The notes under the pieces: generated by a model | What the model was told of the DNA's origin: nothing | The model's database searches: none | What the model saw: the letters and a program-made list of their open reading frames with translations, nothing else | DNA from: Octopus vulgaris | Taxonomy: Eukaryota | DNA length: 64,000 nucleotides | Assembly: GCA_951406725.2 (NCBI GenBank) | Contig: OX597827.1 | Span: 4,960,001 to 5,024,000 of the forward strand | Reading direction: 5' to 3' | Program-made: the position numbers and the translations under genes | Part shown: positions 1 through 13,777 of the stretch, piece after piece | How the letters are laid out: each line of letters begins with the position of its first letter | Numbering within the stretch: the stretch's first letter is position 1

Positions 1-1718
1 GACTGACTTAAATTTTTAAAATATCTACTTACAGAAACCAATTCTCTAAAGACTTCTCTTTAAATTGTTCTGAACTTCAAAACATTTCTAGTTTTCACCT
101 GTCTGTACAAATGCTCAATTGTCTAACATCTGAAACTACTTCTAAACTAGTAGTCTTTCATTAATTATATAATGTAATTCTGTATAAAAACTTAATAGAG
201 GGCAGTTATTTACATGTATTTATGTTTAAAAGGTTGTTCAGAAAATTGCTGTTGTTAAAATTTAAGTTGACTATAATTATGAGACTGAATTCTCTAAAGA
301 TATATATTAAGTAACTATCTGAGAGGCACAGAGTAAGCAAACCATAACATGAAATATACTATAAATACATGTGTGTATGTGTGGGTATGTATGCATGTGT
401 GTATGTGTGGGTATGTATGCATGTGTGTATGTGTGGGTATGTATGTGTGGATGCACATATATATATATATATGAGTTATATTTGCTTCAGCTTTAGTTCT
501 GACAAGACATTCACGGGTCTAAACCCTTTGTGACTGTGAAACCATTGGTCACTCTATGACTGAACATAGACTTAACTACTTATAAATACACACACACACA
601 TATATATAAAACTATGTTTTGACAAAGCAAAAATTATTGTGTTTATAATTCAAACTACTGTTTTGTATTTGTTTCATTGTCTTTCATATCTAAAAGCCTG
701 AAAAACTGAAAAGTGAAAAGCAGTAGCTGGATGCCATTATTAATACCAAGCACTTCACAGTTTGTAAGGAGTGCTTATATCATGCCACCAGCACTAGTGA
801 GGTTCCCATGTAGCTTGCAAGACCACAACCATTGAGAGAAGTAACTTTACTCTACAAGATAAAGAGTTATGAGGAGAAAGAGCCAGAGCAGAACAGGTTT
901 CTTGTTATTAAGGGTCTACTTGGTTACTCACATCTTTGAAGAGAGGGTGGGGATGATTGGGGTGGAACTGGGAAAAGATAAAAGGAGTGTAAAATTGAAT
1001 AACAGGGGAACCAGGAGTGTATATAGGTAGAGTTTTGCGAGAATGTAAGAGGAAGTGAGAGATGGGAATGTTTGAGGGTGTGTTAATACAATGATTGTAG
1101 AACAAGTGTTAAGGGATGGATGTAGTGAATAGTAGTTGAGGTGTGGATTTGTGTGTCAAATGAATGAAGTGCAGAGCAGAACTTCAATGCTGATACAGTA
1201 GATAGGGTTAAGATGAAAGTGAGAGAGAGAGGACATATGGTTGTGTAAGTTGTCAGGGTGTGGTGGGGTGGGGTGGGGGGGACGGATGATGCAAGCATAG
1301 CGTGAAGGGAGATTGAGAGGCACATGGTGAATTAGAGAAATAGTTTGGTAGCTCAGGGATGGGAGTGATCGGGGATTAAATGTGGGTGGAAAGGACAGAA
1401 TCAGGATGACGGATGGCTAATCAAGTGAAATGTTTACGGGCAGTGAGAAAGCTTAGAAGTATCAAGGAAAAGAAGTAGTTAGGTGGGCTGTGGAGGTGTC
1501 TTGAGGAGGAGGAGATAGGGTGAAAGCTGTGCATATATTGTGCTTCCAGAACTTAGTTTCACTTGTTAGGGGAGGTCTTCCTAGGAACTGCATTATTGTA
1601 TGTTGCCTGGTATCCCAGAATATATGTATGTATGTGTGTGGGGAGAGAGAGAGAGATAAATATACATATGTATGTGTATGTCTGTACATACATGTATACA
1701 TAGATTACATACATATAC

Positions 1719-1761
<43 letters not shown>

Positions 1762-2307
1762 TGTACTATATATATTATGTACATATAACTTTTGATTTTG
1801 TATTTTTTTTTGCATTGATGTTTTCAGTAGAAGAGCATCTGGGGAAAAATGAAGGGCGAAAGAAATGGCAAATAATTAATTGTGCATACAAGGATGGGAA
1901 TCATTTATAAAGGGAAAGGAGGAGAATTTGAGAGAGAGAAAGAGAGAGAGAGCAGCTGTAAGTGGAGAGAGACGAGTGTGAAAATGAAGCAGAGATTTAG
2001 CATAGAAAGAAAGGAGATGTATGTTGGTCAGTTTGAGGCAGGGAGCATTTTTTTTCCTTATTGGCCAGATCAGTGACTGTGGTATGCAGCCTGTGAAAAC
2101 CATTATTCATATTCTTGTCTTTACATACTTTATATACATATACATGAAAGTAGTGGAAACTGGACTGCTAGCGGAAAAAGATTCATGCATAAGTGATATA
2201 TCTATGAATATGGAGTTGGATATGAAGAGTCACATAGAAAGAGTGTATGTTGTATTACTAGCATGTATGTTCTAATATATATGCACGACACACACGCATG
2301 CATGCAT

Positions 2308-2366
<59 letters not shown>

Positions 2367-3290
2367 GGTACATGCACTTGTAATGAACAATATCATGTGT
2401 ATATATGACGCCTGAACACTTGCAGAGAGCAGACATCATGGTGGAGTAAGAACTGAGGTGATTATGGGGTTGCAAAATACAGGATTGGAAGTTATGTTCT
2501 GCATCCTTCCTTCTTTTTCCAATTCAATCTGCCTGTTGAAACTATCTTTCTTGTAGATTCCCTTCCTCTTTCTCTCCTATCAATTTGTTTCCTCCAAACA
2601 CTTCTCTCCAGTACACATGCGGCATTTTGCAATTTTCTGTATTTCTTCACATATCCCTTATTCTCAGATGCTAAAGAAGAAGAACCCCTTTTCAAGTTTT
2701 CCAAAGAAAAAAAGTATCATTTCATAATCGTAAAATTAACAGTTGATTATTGTTAAACACCTACAGCATTACCCATAACATATGATATTCCCCTCATCAT
2801 CATCATCATCATCATCATCATGTATATATGTCTGTGTATGTGTGTGTGTGTGTATAAATTTAAATAAACTAACATTTGTTTTTTTATTAGAAGTGTGAAA
2901 ATGTGTATTGTACAATACAAACAAAAAGAAGGTAATTTTTTTTTTAATGTAGAATTGCTGTCTTTGTGTGTGTTTTTGTCCCCACTATTACGTGACAACT
3001 AGTGTTAGTATGTTTATGTACCTGCAACCTAGTGGTTTAGCAAAAGACTAATAGAATAAGTGCTAGACTTAAAAGAAACAAGTCCTGGGGTCAATTTGTG
3101 TGACTAAAGCCCTTCAAAGCAGTGCCCCAGCATGGCCAATGTCAAATAACTGAAACAAGTAAAAGGTAAAAGATAAAAATGATGAACTTTTAAGAAAACA
3201 TTTTGGCGGAGCAAAAATTATTGTTTATAATTCAGGATTTGTTGCATATATTTTACAATAACTATATAAAATAATACTGGTTTAAATATA

Positions 3291-3700
3291 TGTGTGGTAA
3301 GTAGCTTGCTTACCAACCACATGGTTCCGGGTTCAGTCCCAGTCCCAGTCCCACTGCGTGGCACCTTGGGCAAGTGTCTTTTTCTATAGCCTCAGGCCGA
3401 TCAAAGCCTTGTGAGTGGATTTGGTAGACGGAAACTGAAAGAAGCCCGTCGTATATATGTATATATATATGTGTGTGTGTGCATGTGTGTTTGTGTGTCT
3501 GTGTTTGTCCCCCTAGCATTGCTTGACAACCGATGCTGGTGTGTTTATGTCCCCGTCACTTAGCAGTTCGGCAAAAGAGACTGATAGAATAAGTACTGGG
3601 TTTACAAAAGAATAAGTCCCGGGGTCGAGTTGCTCGACTAAAGGTGGTGCTCCAGCATGGCTGCAGTCAAATGACTGAAACAAGTAAAAGAAAAAGAAAA
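3291..3700 (+). mobile_element. SINE family A (tRNA-like head, CORE-like CCTTGGGCAAGT box, internal (AT)/(GT) tract, AGTAAAAG tail)
   Basis: Near-identical to copies at 12553, 38970, 48161 and 62131; B-box-like GGTTCAGTCCC. Confidence 0.85.
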
Positions 3701-3732
3701 AAAAAAATTTGAATCCAGTATTTCATATATTT

Positions 3733-3940
3733 CAAATTTTGGCACAAGGCCAGCATCTCTGAGGGAGGGGATATGTCGATTACATCAACCCCAGTGTTCA
3801 ACTGATACTTATTTTATTAACCTCAAAAGATGAAATGCAAAGTCAACCCTGGCAGCACTTGAATTTAGAACATAAAGACAGACAAAATGCCACTTAACAT
3901 TTTGCCCTGTGCAGCAACGGTTCTGCCTGTTTGCTGCCTT
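3733..3940 (-). mobile_element. SINE family B variant, diverged
   Basis: Shares the head and core with 32697-32915, and the same alternative 3' end (ACAAGGCC). Confidence 0.65.
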
Positions 3941-4176
3941 ATTTCTCTACTATGATATATTGAAAAAGATATAAGTTATTAGAGAACTAAAACAGCCTCT
4001 CATAATAGTAATATGTGTTCAGCCATTTCTAATTCTGTAAGAAATAACTGTTTAAATCAATAAGTAGGTAAACTAAATAATTATGATCAATAAAAATGTC
4101 TTTTTGTGATTGTAGTTTAAAATTCAATTACTAAAGTCATTATTGTCAAACATTGAGCATCAAAAGAGTATATATG

Positions 4177-4334
<158 letters not shown>

Positions 4335-5519
4335 TAATTCTTTTAGCAGCATCCTATTAAATTATTGTTAAATTAATCTTTTCTCCAAACTAATGGTAAG
4401 GTGATACTTAAGTATCATTATGGAGAACCTTTCAAATTAGATGCAAGCAGACAAATTTGCTCTGCTTTATAGTATCTAATGTGGTTAGGTTTTCATTCCT
4501 ATCAGTCATATATATATATATATATATTCTTCCTTAGACATCAGAAAGATCAGAAATGCAGCAAAAATTTAAAATATTTTGTTCAAATTAAAGAGGATCA
4601 TGGGAAAATGGCACATGATATGAAACTCGACTAAATGCAAAACTTCATCATAAAATACTATCTATAGCTTCTTCACAATCTGCTCAACCAGCTCTCCATC
4701 TAATATATATTTATGCAGTATGCAGTGAAAAAGCAGGAATTATTGAAATTAGTCATTACTCATTTTGCCCCACTATACACATGCTTATTTATTTATTTTT
4801 GAAAGTTGAAAATTATCATATTAGACATTTGCATGGAAAAAAAATTTATGTGGAATCTAACAGAGAAAGGAAATTTGATAGCTAAACATCAAAAATTATC
4901 CAAATATTTTATTAGCAGCCTCAATCATAATCAGATCGAAGTTGAGGAAAAATTTCTTGAAAAAGAAGTACCTGCCACCTGACTATGTTTCAAGGTCCCT
5001 CAACCCCAGCAACAGGTATGTTGACCAAATTTTACTCCCGTAGATGATGCAACAGTGCAGAATAACAATGTAATACTTGCAATGCAATGGTTTCAAAGAG
5101 GCAGGAAGAAAATAGCAAGAAATAAGAAATTACTTAATTCACCCCACTTTTCTAATCCCATCACCCATTTGCTGTGTTTCAAATTAAACTACAGATTCAC
5201 AACTGTCTCAGTTGAATTACAAGCAAGCTTACAGTGAAGAAAATCTTCGTATGTCACAGATACATGAATATTTAGCAGTAAGAGTAGCCATGAAATTTTC
5301 ACCTGTCTCTTTAGAAATTGCTGATAGCTTCCTTAATATAAAGAACCTAATAAGCAGAAGAGGCTGGGGATCAGGCTGCATAGAATCTTGAGTAAAACTA
5401 GGAGGCAGAATATATTTATATGTGAGTCTGTATGAATATGCTTACATGCACATACTTGTACTAACATGCTATCTTGAAAGTAGTGTTTTGGCTGTGACAT
5501 GTCCTTTCACATATAATGA

Positions 5520-5800
5520 TTATTCAATTATGCTTATGTATTTGTTTTGCAAGATTCCTGACCTGAAATCATGTGTTGAAACAGATATTGTTATATTTAG
5601 GGATGGTTGTTTTTTTTTCCCCAAATAAACACATGCACTATATATATTCATTCTTCACTTCAGATTCATTATTGTTTTTATTTTATGTCCGTTGTCTGGA
5701 AATCTTTCATCACGCATCCTGTGACCTCTTCAGTGACTCTCCATCCCATGTTTCTCCATTTGTTCTGTTTAGTCCATCGTGTCTTTTTATGGACTGTATT
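5520..5800. repeat. Unclassified dispersed repeat; inverted second copy at ~25860-26155
   Basis: The block GAAATCATGTGTTGAAACAGATATTGTTA and its downstream flank (~280 bp in total) occur in both places. Confidence 0.7.
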
Positions 5801-7867
5801 CTTGTGTGTGTGCACACATGAGAGTGTATGCTTGTTTAAATGTTTTGTGTGTGTGTGTGTATGTGTGTGTGTGTGTGTGAGAGAGTATGGGTTTGCACAC
5901 TATACTGTTTGTATCCATGCCCTTTATTTAGTTTTGTTTTTTTACTTATTTATTTATTCATGTCTCTATTTTTTTCCAGTTTTGCCTTAGGTATATGCAT
6001 GTGTATCATTTGATTGTTTGTATATGTGTTGCATAGGATTAATGGGGTAAATGATGAAACTCAACATTTGGAGGGGGTAAATCACTGGTGTTGAGAATTC
6101 ATTCACTGAAAACAGTACAGTTGTTAGTGTTTAGGCTTTGCATTAAACCTGATTGCAATGATCCTGATCATCATTAATCCTGATTGACCATCCATCTATC
6201 GATATATTAAGGACTACTTTCTCTCATCCTATGTTTTATATAGATGCATTTTGCTTTGGGCACTAGCGTGACTGGGTGTGCTGCCTGGGTGGCCCTTTCG
6301 TTTGCTGCCCCTGGACCCCACAAAAAACTCATATTGCCTACAGCAACAGCCTACAACAGGATGAAAAGTGCTAGACCACCACTATCCCCACTAGCTATGC
6401 TTGTGGCTTTGGGTTATTTGTTACTGACCAAACTACAAATCAGAAGTTACCCCTGTTGGTAGCATTCACACACACACTCACACACATATATTTTGTGTGT
6501 GTGTGTGTATTACCTTATATATATCCATCATATTTTTGTCGAGTAACTAGGATGGTTTTCTCATTGGAAAAATGCACTCCTTTCCAACAACTTGGAAATA
6601 CATGCATTCATGTTTTATATATTAATATGTATGTGTATGTGTATGTATGTATGGACAGTGTTTCTCTCTCTCTCCTCCACTCTCTCTCTTCTCCCCTCTC
6701 TCTCCTCTTCGTCTCTCTCTTCCCTTCCCCCTCGCTCCTCTCTCTACACACGCATCATGAGTCGTTATATAATTTGTCAAAATCATATAAATAATTATCA
6801 TTAATACATTGATAAAAATACATGTTTGCAAATGGAAAATTAAAAATGTATGACATGAAAAGGATAGAATGTAAAGTGAATGTGAAAACAAAACATTCAA
6901 AGCATATTCTTACTGAGAAAGTTGTTTATACCCACCGTTATGATAGGCCACCCTCTATGAATTTTGAAATCTGTTTCTTGCAATTTTTCGTGAAAGTATT
7001 GGTTTATTTATATCTGTGCAATCACCCCAGAGTTTCCATAACAGGAATTTCTATTTTACTATAAATACCATGTGTTTTTTAATCTAAAGGTTACACAAAT
7101 TTGTACTTTCATTATCTATAATTTCCAGCATCGTAACAAAGGAGTTTGAAACTGTAATTTCCCATTTAACAAATCCCCAAAATGCTGAAGATCTAAAAGT
7201 ATATACATACTTTTTTTTCACAGTTTAAGTCAGCTTACCTATGACAAGATATAGCTTATAATGATCAACTCTTTAATGACGACATTCTTACATTATAAAC
7301 AGCATAACTAGTGTAGCATTTACTTTTGAAGATATATGTCAGAATTTATTCAAATACACATTTGAATGGAATTTGGAGTGGTTGAATATAGGAGGTTTTT
7401 GTGTCTGAAATTTGACAAATATTTTGTATGTTATGAAGGCGTGTGGACTGGCTCTTTAGAGTGTCGCACTCATGATTGATAGATCATGGGTTTGATTTCC
7501 AAGCCAGGCAGCATGTTGTGTTCTGAAGCAAAACACTTCATTTCATGTTGCTGTTGTGGGTAGGAGAGTAGCAGAATCATTTGCATGTTGGTAGAAATGT
7601 TTTACGGTATATCTTCTGGCTCTCTAAATTCTGAGTTCATATATTAATATGAATGTGTGTGTATGTGAAGGCAATGGGAAACCAGTACAGTAATCATTTC
7701 AAGTTTAGTCATGGATAGCTGTAGTTAATGGTGGTAGAGTAGGGTATGGGTCATATAGAGAGTGCTGGAGAGGGTTCACATGCTCTTATATAAAGTGCTC
7801 CTGTAGTGAGGAGAAAATCACCAATTTAATTAATATACCTAGTTGTGAGAAGCTGAAGAAACTACTT

Positions 7868-8199
7868 CATCATCATCATCATCATTATCGTTTAACGTCC
7901 GTTTTCCGTGCTAGCATGGGTTGGATGGTTCAACCAGGGTCTGGGAAGCCAGGAGGCTGCACCAGGCTCCAGTCTGATCTGACAGAGTTTCTACAGCTGA
8001 ATGCCCTTCCTAATGCCAACCACTCCGCGAGTGTAGTGGGTGCTTTTATGTGCCACCAGCACAGGTGCCAGAGGAGTCTGGCAGTGGCCATGATCGGTTG
8101 GTGCTTTTAACGTGCCACCAGCACGGAAGCCAGACAAGGCGTCGCTGGCATCGGTCATGCTCGGATGGTGCTTTTTACATGCCACCGGCACAGAAGCCA
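7868..8199 (-). mobile_element. Retroposon family C, (GAT)n tail, internal ~69-bp tandem units
   Basis: CATCATC-GTTTAACGTCCG...CTAGCATGGGTTGGA; shared with copies at 10579, 34805 and 37806. Confidence 0.8.
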
Positions 8200-10272
8200 A
8201 TTGAAATTAATTAAAATTATTAAAGAATTGAATGCTTCTTTAGGCAATGTTTTGATATTATTAGACCTCATCAGCAAAGATAAATTCAGCTCAACTGCTT
8301 GATCTTAGATTACTGGTGAGATATATAGGGTTTAAATCAATAAACACTCAGTTGTCTAATAACTTAAAAGAAAAAGTGCAAAAAATATCCAGGAATGAAA
8401 AAGTAGCGGTAAAGTGTGTGCTCGTAAACTTGATGTGATAGACCAAAAACATTGAAGTAACATTGTACCAATAATGAGGGAAAAATTTATTTAATTGAAT
8501 ATATTTTGGTCAAGCAAAGCAATCAAAATGATTTTAAAATGTTAATTCATTGTTTTGATACAAAACTTAACAATACTTTTTTTGTCATTGATACTTTTGT
8601 ACTGAAATACTAGAAACTGTGATGGAGGTGAAAAGTCTAAATATATTTGGTATTTAAAAAAATAGAAATTTGGTAATAAATAGGAATTTATAAACGTGGT
8701 GGCTAAAATTTCACTATTAAATGGTTCGTTTGTAGAGTGTTTTGGGTTATGACTGCCAGAAAGTTAACTCCTGGGACAAAAAGGAAGATGAAGAACTTTT
8801 AAACATATTTATGAGATACTTTGATGCCAACATTACCTGAGAACCTGAGAACCTATACTGTCTTAGATACTGTTATAAATGAATAAACTCCTCTAGTATC
8901 GGATTACATGGGGACAGCTGTCTGTCAGTCTCCGTTAACATAAATAAATGGCCATAGCATGGACTATAAGCACAAACATTAAAATTATCAGTTTTTAGAC
9001 ATTACATTGCTCTTAATTGGAAACAAGCAATACTCTTATACAAAAGGAAATTGAGATATACAGAAAAATAAATGGGGCCAAATCACTAATTATCTTTCAC
9101 AGTTACAAAACCCTTGAGAATATAAGAGAACACCCAACATGTTCTGTGAAATGCATATCCTCAATGAAACCACAGCTTACTACAATGATGCTTTAATAAG
9201 TAGTGACTACAAGAATATGTGGAACATGCCCCACATTACAGGGGAACTAATGTAAGAAACATTTCTAGCACAAGTGTGGCATTCAATATTGCTGTGATTT
9301 TCAGTCTTTGATGAGAAAACTTTTTCCTGTGACACATGAATTTCGTAAGCTCTTCACTAAAAACTATGTTAAAGTTACCTAAAGTTATTTACTAATATTG
9401 CACTTCAAATATACAATCATAACTAAAAACTGATATAGAACTTCATCCATCCCAATTGCAATTGTGGTAACACCACATCTCTCTCCACTTAACAGTGAAT
9501 GTCTTATAAAGGTTCCTGTGTAAAATCCAAAGATATCTGATGATGGCAGTAAAAGGAAGTGCACCATATTCATAGAAAATGCAGTCAATTCAGGCCTACA
9601 GAGCACACATTTTCTTCATATTTGATCCAGAGTGTAACAGCTCCAATATTTCCATTTCAATTTATTGGGAAACTGAAGAATGGTGAAACAAATAACATCC
9701 CTGCGAGATGGAGCAGTGCTAAATCTGAAACATCATATTTCGATGTAAGATGCAATTTATATTTATAACATCTTGATTCAACATTGCAACAAGTTAAATA
9801 AGAAGAATGAAATTTTGTCTCTGTGAAGGCATATGGGTGTATTCCATCTGGAAAACATTTCAAGTGAAGAAGACTCAGTAATAACCCAACTTCAATTTGC
9901 ATAAAGTCGTCATAGGAAATATAAGCCCCTGAAATAGTGGCTTGTTTGGGCCAGAAAAGAGCCTGTGCCCAAACCAGCAATCAAGTCAATACAGACTATC
10001 AACTTGCTGTGGTTAACAGCAGAATTTCTGTCAGATGCTTCCCCTGTTAGTTTATAAGTGAAAAACATGTTGGAAAATTCACTTGAAAAATAAAAAAACT
10101 AAACTCTGCCAGTTTAAGTGCAGAACTTATTAACTCATTCTAAGCTTGTTTAAAAAAAGAAAGATTATGACATTGGTTGAAAATTCTATACCATAGACAG
10201 CATTTTGGCAATAAAAATGAAATTAAAAATAGTACAAGATTGCAAACAATATAAAAATTTCAGTGTACTTGC

Positions 10273-10423
10273 CTGGTAATGTTTCATAGAGTACAGTATC
10301 TGATTCAATCCAACCATGCCCATTTTCAACATTGGAAGCTATCGATATTTGTTCACTGAATTGGTCAGGAACCATAAACATATGTTCTTTTTCTTTACCA
10401 ATACAAGATGTCATCATTGACTC
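10273..10423 (-). CDS. Candidate distal cytoplasmic-domain exon of the protocadherin (50 codons + 1 nt)
   Basis: A long T-tract and ccttcag|GAG form a phase-0 acceptor matching the phase-0 donor at 53439. The exon encodes ESMMTSCIGKEKEHMFMVPDQFSEQISIASNVENGHGWIESDTVLYETLP, whose S-rich NGHGWxExD segment resembles the DSGxGxSD-type conserved protocadherin tail motif. It ends at CCAG|GCAAGT. Confidence 0.7.
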
Positions 10424-10578
10424 CTGAAGGCTCAAATGTATAAGAAAAAAAAAATTAAAAAATTAAAAGGAAATTATGCATTTTCATGTTATTGGTGTAA
10501 TGGCACAAAACATCCTAAAAGAGTATATTTATTATTATCAATATTTGTGATAAATAAACAATTTTGCATGAATTCAAT

Positions 10579-10908
10579 ATCATCATCATCATCATCATCG
10601 TTTAACGTCCGCTTTCCATGCTAGCATGGGTTGGACGTATGACTGAGGGCTGATGAACCAGATGGCTGCACCAGGCTTCAATCTTGATCTGGCAGAGTTT
10701 CTATAGCTGGATGCCCTTCCTAACGCCAACCACTCCGAGAGTGTAGTGGGTGCTTTTATGTGCCACTGGCACGCAGCCAGTCAGGCGGCACTAGCAACGA
10801 CCTCGCTTGAATCTTTTACACATGCCACTGGCACGGGTGCCAGTAAGGCGATGCTGGTAACAATCCCGCTCAAATGGTGTCTTTTACATGCCACCGGCAC
10901 GGAGGCCA
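10579..10908 (-). mobile_element. Retroposon family C
   Basis: Same tail and three GC-rich internal units. Confidence 0.8.
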
Positions 10909-11982
10909 GATATATCAAATACAATTTTCATAGTAATTATTTTGGTTATTTTTCCAGTTATAAGTTCTGGAAAAACAAGACTGTACGAAAGTAAGAAGCA
11001 CAAAGTTCAAAACACATAAAATAGTGTGTAAATGTTGGTAATTTATCTCAATACAGCATTGGTGCTTAATTCATTTAACTTAGAAGGGCAGAAGATCATG
11101 TCGATCAAAGTAGGATTTCAACTCAGAGTTGTAATATACCAAACATTTAATCTATTATTCAGTCCATTCTCAAAATTTACAACTATACCTTCTAACTTCA
11201 TTGTTATTGTCATATTCTTCTCCATGTCGCTAGTTTGAATATAAAATAACCATCATCCAGATGTTGCTCATCATTCTCACATATTTGCTAGAATGGATTA
11301 GATGCATTATCCCACTTGGCCAGTTCATCATTTCTTCCATATTCTAGCTGAACTTTTCTCAGTATCACTTCATCAACTCCTAATTACTATTATTTATTCC
11401 TTATTGCTATGTTTTAGTTTATTTATTTTTTTCCATTCTGTTCTCATAAATAAGCATGCACGAGCTTATTATCTTTAAATCCAAGTTGACTTCATATTCA
11501 TAGCTCCTTTCTCTGATTCATATATCACATTTATCACACAATCAATTCTTTCAAGCAGGGAGATCATTTTTGGATGACAGAGAAGATGTATTTGAGTGAA
11601 ATTATGCTGTATATTAGTGATACCTATTTTATCATAATCCTGTTGACGAAAAGGCAGATTTGATACTATTAAGATTGAAACTGAGAAGCATGAGTCACCA
11701 TAAAACGCATGCATTTTGCATTCATAACCAACTACACCAGCCTATATTTGACAAAAGATAAATGTCAAGTTCTTTTGTTATTTCTATTAGTATTTTACTT
11801 GTATTGATTTTAAAGAATATTTTACTTCTAAAAATGAATTAGTCTCTTTGGAAAGCAATTTTTAATAACCATGTGGAATGAATTCATAAAGTTTTATCAA
11901 AAGACTTTGAATCATTATTTACACAGCATTGCTTACAAAACCTTGCAGTCTTTTTATAACATATCTCATACAGTTTCATTTC

Positions 11983-12231
11983 TCTTATTTTATCTTTTAC
12001 TTTGTTCCAGTCATTAGACTGTGGTCATGCTGGGGCACCATCTTCAAGCATTTAGTCAAATAAATAAACCTCAGTGCATTTTTTTAAAGTGTAGTATTTA
12101 TGCTGTTGATCTCTTTTAACAAACTGTTAAGTTATGGGGCTGTAAACAAACCAACTCTGGTTGTAAAGCAGTGGTTGGAACAAACACACACACACACACA
12201 CACACACATACACACACACACACACACGCAT

Positions 12232-12284
<53 letters not shown>

Positions 12285-12446
12285 TATATATATACATATG
12301 GGTGCCCATTCAGTTTCCGTCTACAAATTCACTCACAATGCACTGATCAGCCTGGGGTTATAGAAGACACTTGAAAAGGTGCCAAGGAATGAGACTGGAC
12401 TTAAAACAATACAGCTGCAAAGCAAGCTTCTTGGCCACAAAACCAT
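11983..12446 (-). mobile_element. SINE family A, diverged copy
   Basis: Same block order as the other family A copies, with an expanded (CA)n. Confidence 0.7.
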
Positions 12447-12552
12447 GACGGGATTTATAAATAACTTTTGCATGTTTATTGAAGTTGCTATAAATATTGA
12501 GTAATTTTTTTTATTAAACCTGTAATATTCAAACATGTGGTAATTTTTCATA

Positions 12553-12972
12553 TACTCTTTTACTCTTTTACTCTTTTACTTGTTTCAGTCATTTGACTGC
12601 GGCCATGCTGGAGCACTGCTTTTAGTCGGGCAAATCGACCCTGGGACTTATTCTTTGTAAGCCCAGTACTTATTCTATCAGTCTCTTTTGCCGAACCACT
12701 AAGTGACGGGAACGTAAACACACCAACATCGGTTGTCAAGCAATGCTAGAGGGACAAACACAGACACACAAACACATACATACACATACATATATATATA
12801 TATATACATATATACGACAGGCTTCTTTCAGTTTCCATCTACCAAATCCACTCACAAGGCATTGGTCGGCCCGGGGCTATAGCAGAAGACACTTGCCCAA
12901 GATGCCACGCAGTGGGACTGAACCCAGAACCATGTGGCTGGTTAGCAAGCTACTTACCACACAGCCACTCCT
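12553..12972 (-). mobile_element. SINE family A, near full length
   Basis: Reverse complement of 48161-48593, with a (TACTCTTT)n tail. Confidence 0.9.
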
Positions 12973-13435
12973 ATTCATTAAGACTATACTTGTAAAATAT
13001 CTTCTCTTTGAAATTTGCTGTATCTTAAGTTTTCATATTTCCATTATAAATCTATTCCCATTAATTAGTATTCTTCTTATTTTTTTGTTTTTGTTGCTCT
13101 TTGTTCTTCATAGACAGCTTTTTGATAATTGAAATATTTCAAAATAGCAAGTTCCTTTTATGTATGTATCCCAGGTAGTAATGCAAAGTGCATTACTTCA
13201 AACCTTCTCATGGCTCTATCAACATTTCTACGTCCCATGGTTTTGCTCAGAATATTTTGTTTGCAAATGCTTTCTCAATGAAGAACATGATGTTTGCTTA
13301 TGCTTTCTGGTATTTATATTTGACGTAGTTTACAATACTTGTAATATAGTGTCTGTGTCAAACTTTACCTACTGAGCTAAATATTTAAAGTGTGTATATA
13401 CAAACATATTACAAACATATATATATATATATATA

Positions 13436-13777
<342 letters not shown>

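Noticed and set aside
908-1620. C-rich minus-strand stretch resembling a LINE endonuclease relic (PDHSP-like)
   Set aside because: The motifs are too degraded to support a call.
9910-10081. Candidate terminal protocadherin exon: AAG acceptor at 10081 (VNFPTCFSLIN*) or CAG acceptor at 10043 (GEASDRNSAVNHSK...FL*)
   Set aside because: Both fit phase 1, but neither has a recognisable motif. The sequence alone cannot distinguish them or exclude a more distant exon.
12743-13132. Recurrent MLEGQTQTHKH... ORF (also at 3310, 39151, 48135) suggesting a gene family
   Set aside because: It is the antisense translation of SINE family A.
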